Assembly (NCBI RefSeq): GCF_006345805.1
Contig: NC_043003.1
Location: forward strand, 84,692,001 to 84,756,000
Direction: 5' to 3'
From: Octopus sinensis
Taxonomy: Eukaryota
DNA: 64,000 nucleotides
Shown: in pieces, positions 13,017-26,274 of the stretch
How the letters are laid out: each line of letters opens with the position of its first letter
How positions within the stretch are numbered: the first letter of the stretch is position 1
Position numbers and translations under genes: made by a program
The notes under the pieces: model-generated
Told to the model about the DNA's origin: nothing
Seen by the model: only the letters and a program-made list of their open reading frames with translations
The model's database searches: none

Positions 13017-13344
13017 CATTATTCAGTTTTATTTCAAGATTTCTTGCCAATAGAAAAAGAGAAGTTTTCTAACCTTGATGCGAGGTTCCATCATTGGAAT
13101 TCAACAACATGGTATTTTTGCATGTATGTATGTATGTATTATGTATGTATGTATGTATGTATGTATGTATGTACGTACGTATGTATGTATGTATGTATGT
13201 ATGTATGTATGTGTGTGTGCGTGTGTATGTATGTATGTATGTATGTATGTATGCATGCATGCATGTATGTATCTATGTATGTATATATGTATGCACGTAT
13301 GTATGTATGTATGTATGTATGTATGTATGTATTTATGATGTATG

Positions 13345-13602
13345 GCTATTACAATTCACAACGAAACATATGTAAAATGTGGAAGGGTGTGCCTCTCAGC
13401 TGGAGGTCTGAAAAGACATGTTAAGAGAGTTAATACGGTGGTACCTGTTTCTCTGCCAACCTGCACAGCTGTGCAGTATGTAATAAAATATGTAAAACTT
13501 TGGCTGGGCTTAAAAGTCATATAAGGGCATCACATGCCATCAATAATGAATCAGTTCAATGTCTTTTTGGCAACGGCTTTTCTCGTGTAACGAGGGTGCA
13601 GC
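13345..13602 (+). mobile_element. 5'-truncated non-LTR retroelement 3' end encoding two C2H2 zinc fingers (RTE-like)
   Basis: Reads (Y)VKCGRVCLSAGGLKRH and, after a frameshift, CAVCNKICKTLAGLKSHIRASH. It is flanked by the direct repeat TATGATGTATG (13334-13344 and 13603-13613). Confidence 0.6.
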
Positions 13603-13609
13603 TATGATG

Positions 13610-13690
13610 TATGTATGTATATGTGCAGATTTGTATGCTTTGTTTATGTATGTACTCTCATGCATATAGTTGCAGATATAGACATATATA
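13610..13690 (-). mobile_element. 3' UTR remnant of the R4/Dong-like family seen at 53965-54180
   Basis: GTATATGTGCAGATTTGTATGCTTTGTTTATGTATGTACTCTCATGCATATAG aligns with ~53970-54025. Confidence 0.55.
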
Positions 13691-14494
13691 AATCTCAACA
13701 AACGAAGCTGGAAAGAAAAGTAAAAGAATGGCTGGAAAATTCAACGCTTTAAATGAAGACGAGGAAGAACGACAGGATAGTAAAACTGAAATTGATTACC
13801 GTTGAGGCAGAAAAGAGGCGCCACACCCAATTTACTGGATGAGAAGGGTATGTGGGACCATTCTCATCCAGTTTGGTTGTCCATAACCATACAGCAAAAT
13901 TATCTACCCCATTAAAAAAACCTGATGACAGAGCGAAATTTAAATACCATACCGAATTTGCCGAGGCTCGTTGGATGATAACTAATACATAGGGAAATGT
14001 TTTGAATCTCTCGCTCTACTTCTACGGCCTTCATAATTTTTATCTATATAGTAAAATGACTTTTACTGGGCGGTCTCACGAGAGTACATTGCTTGCATCA
14101 GATGGTTTTAAAAACGAAGAGCCATTCTCATCTGCATTGTCTTTATTGTCCAAAGAACGCCTGATTAGTTGATGTTATTGGGGTTGTCTCCCATGGTTGT
14201 TATTTTCATATTTGTATCACCCCTACAAAAAGATTTCCTTTACTAACTTCATTGAAATATTTTTTAGTAGTTTCAGTTACTGAACTGCGGCCATGCTGGT
14301 GCACCGCCTTGGAGAATTTTACTCGTACAAATTAACACCTAGTACTTATTCAATAGGTCTCTTTTACCGAATCACTCAGTTACTGGGACGCAAACACACC
14401 AACAACGTTTGTCAATTGCTGATGAAAATAAATAGCACACTCGTATAATATATGTGTATGCGTGTATATATATATATAAATCACAGTATGTGTG

Positions 14495-14950
14495 TGTGTG
14501 TGTATAATGACTAACGCATTCATTTCCACAATTCTCAACGGATTGGCACCAAACTTTACACACAATACTTATGTCCCAAGGATGGTCATGCACTATAATA
14601 TTTTGCCCAGAGCTTCCGCGTAAATGGACATAGTTTTTTATCCGTCGGGTCTTCCATACTTTTTAAATCTTTTTAAAAAAGCTAAAGGATTTTGTCTACT
14701 TATTTATTTCCACTGTCCACCAGCGACGGTGATTAAATTGACTGGGAACACTGAACGCATACATTTCCACAATTCTCAACCGATTTTCACCAAACTTTAC
14801 ACACACATTACTTATGTCCCAAGAACGGTCATGCACTACACATTTTGCCCAGAGTTCCCGCGTAAACGGACCTAAATGGACATAGTTTTTTTGTGTATCT
14901 GGATCTTCCATACTTTTTGAATCTTTTTATAAAGTGTCTATTTATTTATT
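14495..14950 (+). repeat. Two tandem copies of a Helitron/Helentron-like non-autonomous repeat core
   Basis: CATTTCCACAATTCTCAAC.GATT..CACCAAACTTTACACAC...TTATGTCCCAAG occurs at ~14520 and ~14760, with a third inverted copy at ~19120-19230. Confidence 0.55.
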
Positions 14951-16169
14951 TTGTCTATTCATTTATTTCGACTATCCACCTGCCACGGCGATTAAATTTA
15001 CAAGGAACACTGTACACGATGAAAATCCAATACCAAACATTCTTAATCTCCATATTTAAACTGCGTTAAACTTTGGCAAGCTTACCTTTACCTATTTTGA
15101 GTTATCTGAAAGGTAATGTTCTCTTCCCTCTCTTCTATTTGTTGATACCTTTATTTACCTACTAATGCGTTGTTTCACTTTAAGGATGCTTATTGACCCA
15201 TCTATTATGATATTTCGACTGTTGCCCATTGTCTCCCATACGTTTTAGCATTGTCCTTCTAGCCTTTTTTAAACAATCAAATATGATTCGTCCTAAAGAA
15301 TCAACATTTAAATAAGAGTTTTGCTTCCACCAGCGAAAGCTATACGTATCTTTCAGAAAGCTCCATACCAATTTAACATTATGTAGCATTCGCTGTTAGT
15401 TTATGCGCAGGTTATGTGGAAAGACAGAATAAAGGGACTTTTGTTAGCTTACCTCTCTAAAAAAAATAGCTCCCTTTGCTGTTGAAAAAAATAAACTCGC
15501 AGAGGGGAAATTTCAACGTCTTCCTTCAATTTCCTTACACCATTTATGTGGCTGTTTCTGATAAGAAATTTCACTTTCGTTTAAGCAATTATATTTTGTA
15601 GTCATTATCCGTAATCTATTCCCAAAACATTTCAGTAGCTCCACTTTGCATCGCTTGCAAACTTATATGTTCTATGATCATTATAGTGCAACGACCTCCA
15701 CAATAAGCAGCCTTCAATTTCATTTTCCGTTCCTAGGTTAATCGGAAACACAGATTAAACACAGATAGTTGAACTATTTGGTGAAAAAAATACCACTAAA
15801 CCAACTTAAAACGTCCAAAGGACGGGTGCGTTTGCTAGTATGTGTATGTATGTACGTATGTATGTATGTATGTATGTATGTATGTATGTATGTATGTATG
15901 TATGTATGTATGTATGTATGAATGTATGTTTGTATGTGTGTGTGTGCGTGTGTATATATATATATATACACACACACACATGCAAATATTTACAAATATA
16001 CATACATATACATCCATACACACACATACACACATATTCATACAAATGACATGACGGGCTTCTTTCAGCTTTTTTAGGACATCTCTTTCAAGGACTGTTA
16101 CTTTTTTCTAACTTCTTTTTTTACCTTATTCTTCAGATAAATAGTGTCAGATATCAGGTTGGCTCAACA

Positions 16170-17030
16170 AATAAAAATGTATGGCGTAATTGTTGTCTTA
16201 AAAGCATAGTGATACAGAGATATCTCGCTTCCTGAAAGTTTCCCCGAGCCTTTGCCAAAGTTCGAAAAGAGCTGGAACCTACTGACGGAGATCCAACATT
16301 ATCAGCTAAATGCAAAATGCATGCACAGGGTTTTAATAACATCATAACGTATAACTTTGTACAAAATATTCAAGAAATAATCTATAAAATCCTCCGAAAA
16401 TGAATAAGAGCCATTGCAAAGGACCTCATGTTTTCAGAATGCACCATCAGAATTGTGCATGAAGACATCCGATACAAGTGGTATGTTATGGAGAGGGGAC
16501 AGTTTATGTCAGAAGTGATGAGAGAATCGTTCGATCCATGCAAAGCGCTTGCGGAACAAATTAATGCACCAAGAGGCTGGAATGCTTTGGTTTTTCTCCG
16601 AAGAGAAAAATCTTTGATCAAGACCAAAAGGTAAACCAAAGGAGACAGATGGTTATCCACAGACCAGAATGAGGTTCTATCAGTCATGCATACTAAGTTA
16701 CCAGCAATTATGATGGTTCTGGAAAAGGTCAGTAATGAGGGAGACATCATGCCTCCTCATTTTTTTCACAAGGCTTAAGAGCCAATACCACTGTCCACAA
16801 AAACTTGTTGGAGAAAATTGTGAGGCGCTGAATAGACAGATTATGCAATGGAAGATTGTAAATCTTTTAACTAGACTCTGCACCGTCTCATAAAGCAAGG
16901 AGACCGCAAGCGTGGGTGCGTGTCAGTCTCCATGATCATATTCTCCCAGACACATGGAATCCTAATTCGCTAGACCTCAATCCACTGGACTATTACATAT
17001 AGGGCGTTATTGAGAGAGAGATCAATAACA
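16170..17030 (+). mobile_element. Decayed Tc1/mariner transposase, maT/DD37D-like
   Basis: Segments IVHEDIRYKWYVMERGQFMSE, FSEEK.FDQDQKVN, HTKLPAIMMVL..VSNEGDIMPPHFF and PNSLDLNPLDYY, with frameshifts and stops. Confidence 0.85.
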
Positions 17031-18105
17031 CCATAGTACCATACTATCTCCTTGTAGCACCATAGCATCATACAATCTCTCGAGTCTGTCATAACCCAAA
17101 TTGATGAAAAATCATCTGATTCGGATATATCAATGCTTCCGACCCCATATTGAAGTAGCCATTGTTGTTAACGAGGGTTTGTTTGATTAGATGTGATAAA
17201 GGAATTCTCAAAATCGTTTGTAACAATTTGTTCTTTGTATTATCTATGCGTCCTTTTCTAAATTCGTACAAATGACCCAAAAAAAAACTGATGCACGCCG
17301 AACACACACACACACACACACACATGACGGGTTTCTTTCAGTTTCCTTCTACCAAGTCCGTTCCCAAGGCTTTGGTCGGCATGAGGTCTTAGCGGAAGAA
17401 ACATTCCCAAGGTACCCACGCAATGGGACTGAACCCTGAATCCTGAAGTTGGGAAGCAAACATCTTACCACACAGCCATCCGTTAATTGGAGTTTTTCAA
17501 CGAACCATATTTTACATGTGAGACCCTACTGTATATATATTTAGTATGCAGACCGATCCCCTTGAGCACTTTAAGGGATTTGATGAACGGTGTGTGTGTG
17601 TGTGTGCATGCGTGTGTGTGGGGTGACTGTACACGCGTATGAATACACTTGTGTATGTATGAGTGCGTCCATACGTGTGTGCCTGTGTGTGTGTGTGTGT
17701 TTATGTGATTCGCTCATGTCGGATGTAGGATATGAGTTGAAGGAATAATATCTTAATGATAGTAGAAGGAAAGGAGGAAAATAGAGAGAAAGAAATAGTG
17801 AGAGTGAGAGAGGAGACTGGCGAGACAGAGAGAGGGAGAAAGTGAGGAAAGAGAGCTAAAGTGGGGAAAGAAAAAAAGAGAAACGAGAGTGATATCGAAA
17901 GAGAATTGAAGGAGAAAGAGATTGAGAAATAGGAGGTGAAAACTGAAACAGGAAATACTTAATAGCACAAAGGAATAATTTGTTACAAGTGTCGAATAAC
18001 TGTTCACTGACAATTTTATCTATTTGTTCGTCTGTCCATCTTCCTATTTGACTATTCATGCGCTCAGTATATATGTTTGTCTCCATATACTAGTACTCTA
18101 GTTAG

Positions 18106-18187
<82 letters not shown>

Positions 18188-18366
18188 GTATCTATCTACT
18201 TCCATCTATCTATCTATATATTCTATCTATCTATCCATCTATTATCTATCTATCCCCTTCTCTCGCTCCTCTCGCTCTCTCTCTCTCTCTCTCCCTCTAT
18301 CTCTCTACACACACATGACAGAAGCAAACAGATACCTTTATAATCCTTAAAACGTATTTAAATCTG

Positions 18367-18550
18367 GGCTATGTGGTAAGTAGCTTGCTTATCAGCCACA
18401 TTGTTCCGGGTTCAGTCCCACTGCGTGGCACCTTAGGCAAGTGTCTTCTACGATAGCCTCGGGCTGACCAAAGCCTTGTGAGTGGATTTGGTAGACGGAA
18501 ACTGAAAGAAGACCGTCGTATGTATGTATATATATATGTAGATATATATG

Positions 18551-18612
<62 letters not shown>

Positions 18613-18850
18613 GGTGTGTATATGTTTGTGTGTCTGTGTTTGTCCCCCACCCCCAACATCGCTTGACAACGATGATGCTGTTGTATTTACATCCCCGTAA
18701 TTTAGCGGTTCGGTAAATGATAACGATAGAATAAGTACTAGGCTTACAAAGAATAAGTCCTGGGGTCGATTTGCTCGACTAAAGGCGGTGCTCCAGCATG
18801 GCCACAGTCACATGACTGAAACAAGTAAAAGAGTAAAAGAGAGTAAAGAG
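18367..18850 (+). mobile_element. SINE family A
   Basis: Head, body, long (TA)n tract and tail match the other copies. Confidence 0.9.
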
Positions 18851-18869
18851 ATTCAAATTATCCATTACT

Positions 18870-19100
18870 TATTATGGCCTCTCCGCCATCTCACTGGCCC
18901 AAGCCTTTCTCCGCTTGACATTGGCTGATGGAAGAAGTGGCTCCCTTCTTGCTGTTCTGCCATAGTAACCAAGTTTGTGGAGATACTTGACAGCTGTTCT
19001 GGGACTGACGTCAACTTATAACGAGGATTATTCTCCACACTTCTCTTAACAAAGTGAAGGGGCCTGTCAGTAGGCACTGGTCGACATGGGCGAGGTGATG
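18870..19100 (-). mobile_element. Tc1 transposase N-terminal (HTH) fragment
   Basis: Minus strand reads TDRPLHFVKRSVENNPR / RTAVKYLHKLGYYGRTARREPLLPSANVKRRKAWASEM. Confidence 0.8.
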
Positions 19101-19253
19101 TGGACTCCTTATCTCTCTACGCGGTACTCTGGGCAAAATATTATAGTGCATGACCATCCTTGGGACATAAGTATTGTGTGTAAAGTTTGGTGCCAATCCG
19201 TTGAGAATTGTGGAAATGTATGCGTTAGTCATTATACACACACACATACTGTG

Positions 19254-19294
<41 letters not shown>

Positions 19295-19767
19295 CACGCA
19301 TACACACATATATTATACGAGTGTGCTGTTTATTTTCATCAACAATCACTCTATTAGCTTTAGTAGGAAGGATCCCAAAGTTTTCTGTGATTTTAGGCTG
19401 ACTAATATGACCTCCTTGAAAAATCAGACTGTTCCAAAATTTCTTTTGTATGTAGCATGATTAAACAGTCACAAATAGAACCTGAAACATGAAAATGTCA
19501 ATTAATAAAAAATATAAACCTTTTCAAGTTAAACATAAAACGATATTTTAAGGGGTGTCTATTTGCTTCTGTTATGTCTGTGTATAGATATCTGTCTAGC
19601 TGTCCATCTATATATCAACCAAACCATCTCGCTACCTATTTATCTATTTATCTATCCATCTAATCGTCCATTCACCCATCTATATTTTTCCTTCCTTTCT
19701 TTTCATTTCTTGTCCTTCTTTTCTCTTCTTTTCTTTCTTTCATTCATTGTTTCTTTCTTTCTCTGCT

Positions 19768-19816
<49 letters not shown>

Positions 19817-20474
19817 TTCCTCTATACAATGAGGCATTTATCTGTCCATCTGTCAGCCATTTAGATATCTTAAGCTATTTACACATAGTTACTCATAGTT
19901 ATTTATTCCCTCGATAGTTCCGGACCCCAGTTATGAACTCATTTGCATAAAGCCAATCAGAGCTCAACTATCAAACTAGTGGCCACCTAGTCACGAAAAT
20001 ACTCTGCTTAAGTTCAGTGGAAAATGTACGTTATAGCAAAATCCGTTCTAAACGGGTTAATAGGGGTGATAAATGTGAAATTTAGTGTATAAAGTGGATG
20101 GAGAGCTGCTCACCGATGATGCTATAAGTGTTGCCAATTTGCGCAATTTACTAGAAAGTGTAAATGAGTGTAGTTTCCTAATTGTTGACTGATTTTGTAC
20201 ATTTTATATTTAATATGTTGGTGTTGATCTGGAAACATCGTAATCAATATGACGCTGTGTCGTATTGCGCCCTCCTCGCATATATCAATGGGTTCATGCA
20301 GTATCACTAATCTCAGTTTGAGCATAGTTACCTAATGTTAGCTCCATATAGAGATGGTGCTCAATTGATCTATGAGGATGGTGGCGGGGTGGAATGTGTT
20401 GCTTATATGGGACCTGCTATGCTGTACTCACAAAGTGGCATACACCATTCTATGCCTGACTGGCTGTACTGTAG

Positions 20475-21163
20475 TGCCACTTTTCAATGTCTCCAATTTC
20501 TGATCTAATTGATTTCATATTAGGTGTAATAATATAGTTTTGTATGCTAGTCATGGACATTAAGTTCATTTTCATCATAAATCAACCATTAAAAAGTTAA
20601 TAGTTTTAAAATTGGCAAATTTTGAGTAATTTTAGCCAATCGAAAGCCACAGACACATTCATGCCTGTTACCATAGTTAGATGCCAAGCGGTGATTTTTT
20701 TTTTTTTTGCTTATTAAATGGTGGTTGTGAGATGTGCTAAAAATAATAGCTAAATAGGACTTAAATCACGCACTAATTTTTTTCTCTATATTTGGTTTTT
20801 GCATAATTGTATGAATTCCCGTATGTAGAATACAAATTCATAAAAAAAATTTCTGAAAATTCCGAAAAAATTAAAAAGCCACGAGGGGTTATATGGCGTG
20901 CATAAAACAGAATTCCTCTAATAATTCATTTGTTTACGGTTGACAACACGTGCTGTCACGCACAAAATGACAGCCTCCAAATCCTGTTTTTTGACTGGGT
21001 AAAAATGATCAAACTTTAAGCCTCAGTAACTTTTTTTTAAATTCTTTCTGGAAGAAGTTAGATATCCCCCGGTATTCAGCGTGGAAAATTACATTAATAC
21101 ACCAAATTTTAAAATTTTCACTAAACTTTGAAACTTCCACAGGTGCAGCCAAACAGAAAAGAT
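20475..21163 (-). mobile_element. Non-autonomous DNA transposon-like element, unclassified; same family as 40437-41161
   Basis: About 700 bp reverse-complement similarity to 40437-41161. Confidence 0.7.
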
Positions 21164-21200
21164 ACATAGTCTGTCTTCGAGCTGAAGTTTTCAAAACATA

Positions 21201-21766
21201 TTGGGTTGTCCGTAAAGTTCGTGCCGATTTTTAAAGGAAAGAAAAAGGTCAATAAATACTTGCCATTACATTTTTAATCAACTAGATATGAACCATTTTG
21301 TTACACAATGCGTCTCCATCTTTCCCTTAACTTGAAAAAACCCTCTTCCCAGAATGGAGGTGGTTTCATGGCAAAGAATTCATCAAGGTATCTTTTTACG
21401 CCATCCAAGTAACTGAAATTTTTACCATTAAGACTACTCTGCAGAGACCCGAATAAGTGGAAATCCGAAGGAGCAATATCTGGTGAATATGGAGGGCGGG
21501 ATAACACATTCAAGCCGAACTGCAACAATTTTTGTCTGGTTCCCAAAGCATCAAGTGCTGAAAATAAACTTTCTTATCTTCCATTTTAAAGGGTTACAGA
21601 ATTAACACAGGTTATAAGATCATAAACATTCTTCCACGAAAAGATAGCTTAAACTGCGCTTTAAATGGAGGTGTAGTCAAAACCTATTTTATGGACTCAA
21701 CCATGTTCTAAAATAAGTCGAAAGCTAAGCTACTATAAATCGGCACGAACTTTCCAGACAACCCAA
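21201..21766 (-). mobile_element. Internally deleted mariner (DD34D) element with intact TIRs
   Basis: 30 bp TIR TTGGGTTGTCCGTAAAGTTCGTGCCGATTT (28/30 match) with TA on both sides. Internal peptide SRPPYSPDIAPSDFHLFGSLQ...FWEEGFFKLRERW. Confidence 0.95.
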
Positions 21767-22204
21767 TAATAAACATTTCTTGATAATTTCATTAAGAATA
21801 CGCTTTATGTTTATATTCTGTTCTCTCTTTATATCATATATACTATAATAGCTGCTGTTTTAATGCAGGAAGCTTGATGTTGATGGTCAACCTTACTGCA
21901 AGCTAACAAAATAGCATGCGGAGTGTGGTCTGTTTTCACATACGTGGTGTCAACATGTGTGTTACTGGTATTTGTGCAGGCTTGTCCTTAATTTTATAAT
22001 CACCATCCCTCCTCTTGCATTCAACATCTGTTACTTGTTGGCGTAATTGTTTTGTCATGAAATAGTTTAGCTCTCAGTGAAATTTGTCTCAGTATATTTC
22101 TAGCTTAGTTGTAGGCCTAACAGAGGGATATAATTAGCCATTTTGTAATAATTGCGTAAAAAGTGACTCAATAAGTATATGTAAGTATATATACATATGT
22201 ATGG

Positions 22205-22610
22205 TTATCTTCTTCTTTTGCTTGTTTCAGTCATTGGGTTGAGGCCATGCTGGGGCACCACTTTGAAATTTTAGTTGAACTAATCGACCCGAGTGCTTTT
22301 TTTTATGAAGTTTGGTACTTATTCTATTGGTGTTTATTGCCGGACCGCTAAGTTACGAGGCGTAAATAAACCAACAGCAATTGTCAAGTGGTGGTGGGTG
22401 ACAAATACAAACACACACACACAAATGCACACCCACACACACACAAACACACACATATACTATAAGCTTCTTTCAGTTTCCATCTACTAAATCCATTCAC
22501 ATTTGTTGGCCCGGGGCTATTGTGGAAAACGCACACCCAAGGTGCCATGTGGTGACACTGAACACAAGATCGCATGGTTGGGAAACAAGCTTCTCAACCA
22601 TATGGCTATG
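22205..22610 (-). mobile_element. SINE family A, degenerate
   Basis: Reverse complement of the family A tail, body and head. Confidence 0.8.
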
Positions 22611-23203
22611 TTTGCATGCATGCATGTATATGCACAGATGCATGTGTGTATACATGTAAATATTGCGTTAATGAGGACATTATAGAGATACGGTAAAGTT
22701 TAACTATTTGTGCATCTTATAACAAGACTGCTTTTGTAATCCATTTAGAATCTACGTCTTTTATCAAGATTTTAAAAACGATTTCGAATAATTATCTCCC
22801 TCAGATATCAGCCATAACATAATGTTTGCATTGTCAACTTGAAGAAGCTTGGTCTATAAATGTTACACATGAATATGAACACCCAGAAAAACAGACAACG
22901 GCGTTGGATGATATATGTTAGAGGACGCAAGAGTATGCACATATGCCGTAATGCGCGCGAGTATGTGTGTGCATAAGAAAGTGTACCAGGCATGATAGGA
23001 AAACCGGTTAAGACATGAGGAGGAGGAAAGGAATAATAAGAACGCAGGGTGAGTTCGAGAGAAGGATAAAGTAAATAAGTCATGATCACACACGCACGCA
23101 CACACACACACACACTCACACACACACAAACTGCACACACAGCTGCATAAATATAGGAATGGAAGTTCAGACTATGAATAAAAGCATATAAACAGCAAAC
23201 AGC

Positions 23204-23265
<62 letters not shown>

Positions 23266-23482
23266 TCTTTGTGTAAATTTCATCAAGTATATATGTTTTT
23301 ATACACTTCTTAAATAATTACACACATATGTATGGTCTATGTCTGTATATGTGCATTTACATATGCGTGTCTATCTGGGCGGCGCATGTATATTTACGTG
23401 TATGTATTTGCGCGCACGTACGTGTGTGGGTGCATGTGTGTGGGGGCACGTGTGCGCGCGCGCGTATGTGTGTAATGATATG

Positions 23483-23521
<39 letters not shown>

Positions 23522-24962
23522 GTATATATATGTATATATGTATATATACATATATATATATGTGCATGAGAGTGTGTACGTGCGTTGTGAGTGTGTGTGT
23601 GTGTGTTTGTTTGTGTGTGTGTGTGTGTGTGTACGTGTGTGTACGTGTGTGTGTACGTGTGTGTACGTGTGTGTACGTGTGTGTGTGTGTATGTAACTAT
23701 ATGTACATATCATACATATATATATATATATATATATACAATGTATATGCATGATTGTCTGTCTGTCTGTATGTATGCATATATGTACGTATGTATGTAT
23801 GTAAGTATGTATGTATGTATGTATGTATGTATGTATGTATGTATGTATGTATGTATGTATGTATGTATGGCGCATTTCTAAAAACAAAAAAAAAAACATG
23901 TTTTCAAGTCTCACATAGCACTTCGTCTGTTCTGGTTCGATTCCCATTTCTACACGCAGACACATGCAAAGTAGATACAATCAACTATATTGGCGCAGAT
24001 ACAGCTCTGTTAATAAAAAGCTAATCTCGTAACTGCATACTTTTGGATTGGTACTCTCTGCATGGTGTATTGGATAAGTGTCTTCTACCATAACCCCTGT
24101 TTACCAAAGTCTTTTGAGTGAAAATTGGAAGACGGAAATTGTGTGAAGGCCGTTATAGGAAAACTTTCCAATTTTGACGAAGTATATTTAATTCGTCACA
24201 TCATTTACCACCTTCATCAGCCCCTTGGGTACCTTTAGTGTAAGACAACTTTGTTTAAAACATTCGGAGCTGGTTTCCGTTTTGATGATTATCTACTACC
24301 TGATTTCCAGCCCCAGAAGTTTCATGGATGCTGCCCTTGCTTCTATGAGCCTATGCCATACAATATATAAAGCATGAGCCTAGCAACGTTGTTTTGTTTG
24401 TATAACGTATGATTTATTTTGTTTGTAGATTTACATTTATATCCATATCGTATTTGTATTTGTTTCCCTCGCTATGTTTCTCTTTCTCTCTCTCTCTCTA
24501 TCTCTATCTATCTATCTCCCACTACCACGTGACCCGTGATCATTCTACTTTCAGCTTTCTTTATTCGCTAGACCACTGACTTGTTCAGTCATTCTTTTCT
24601 TAGCCTCTCGCGTTTTTTACTTTCTACATTTGGTTCGTATTTCTACCTTTCATTTTTCCACCTTTTGCAGTACCCACCATCTTTCCAGTCTTTCAGGATA
24701 TTTTCCATCGCATTACTTATACACGCGTGTTGTTTTGTCTCAAAACCAATGGCCTTTCTTTTGTTTGTATAACGTATAATAAATGTTGTCTGTTCATTCC
24801 CATTTATAAATGTGTCGTATAAGCAATTTGAGTAATTTTAACCCTCATCTTTAGCAAAAGCGGTCACAGTCAGTACCCTCTGTTACTTTCGTGACCTCAA
24901 TTAATGTTGCCAATACATACATAAATACATACATACATACATACATACATACATACATTATA

Positions 24963-26198
24963 TCTTTATATATATAAAACTGAGAATGTGTGTCTGTCTG
25001 TCTGTCTGTCTGTGTGTTTCCCTAAAACTTGAGAACTACACAACCAATTTCATTCAAATTTTACACATGCCTTATTTAGGGACCGGGGAGTGTCATCGGC
25101 AAAAAAGTTTGAACTTTTTGCCTAGGGCGAGCCCACAGCAAAATCATATCTTCTCCTCTACGATTCCCTAAAACTTGAGAAGTACACAACCAATTCCATT
25201 CAAATTTTACACATGCCTTTTTTACACATGTCGTTTCATAGGCAAAATAAATGTTCAACTTCTTGCCTAGAGCGAGCCCGTAGCAATATCATATCTTCTC
25301 CACGTGTTAAAAGTGAAACAAAAACATTTCTCTATTATTTGATTTTTTGATTTTTTGATTTTTCCAGTTTCAGCTAATGAGCTGTAGCCATGCTGGAGCA
25401 CCGCCGTATAGTCAGATACTTATATGTCAGATACTTTCACTTTAACAATAAAAATGATAATAACAATTGAATTATATGTAGTAAGTAATAATTAAAATCA
25501 AACTAAAGTATAATATAATCGTAACATAAAAGTAAAAATAGCAATTGGTATAAAATTTCATCAATAACTTGAACTTGAATAAGTGGTTTCACATGAATGG
25601 GAATAAATTAAAAATAAAATTAGCGTGCAGAAATGGAATAGTGCAGATGGATAATAAAAAATTAAATTAAAGAAAAGACTATTGTCTATAAAGTATACAA
25701 TGTAGAGAAAAAAGATTTGAACACATGGAGGAAAGCACCTTCGAAAAGTGTCTTGGTGCGACTATGAAAGGTGGTAAATTCGCCACAATAGAAGCAAGGT
25801 TCGAGTCAACGGAGCGTGCAAGGGAGTACTCGACTTGAACTTGCAAAGTGGAAATATTTCATTTTTACCTTTATATCTGGGACGTAGGACGTCCCGGAAA
25901 AAAATTTAAAATCCCCCCCCTCCCCAGAAGTAGAGGTAGGCTGGATTGTAGCCACACTTCTATACAAGAGGGAGGACAAGGTACAATTGATCGAAATTAC
26001 AAGAGACGGGCTAACAATTCCAGTCTGTTATATATTTTGAGTATTGTTATCACTAGCGATATCAAGATATAACTTTGTATTTTGTATTTTATGTGTAGAT
26101 GTATATATATAGATGTACATGTAATATGTACACATATATATACACATATATACATGCACTAGCACTACGACCCGGCAACGACGGGTCTTTAATGCTAG
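24963..26198 (+). mobile_element. Non-autonomous Helitron with canonical ends
   Basis: 5' end is A|TCTTTATATATATAAAA. The 3' end has hairpin GACCCG-GCAACGA-CGGGTC, then CTAG|T. The 5' ~650 bp is homologous to 59981-60460. Confidence 0.7.

Positions 26199-26269
<71 letters not shown>

Positions 26270-26274
<5 letters not shown>

Noticed and set aside
13922-13946. CTGATGA-CAGAGC-GAA-ATTTAAAT-A hammerhead-like motif
   Set aside because: Stem II and stem I cannot form, so it is chance or too decayed to call.
15000-15760. Possible decayed L1/Tx1-like C-terminal coding region on the minus strand
   Set aside because: The resemblance is faint, with many stops and no diagnostic motif.
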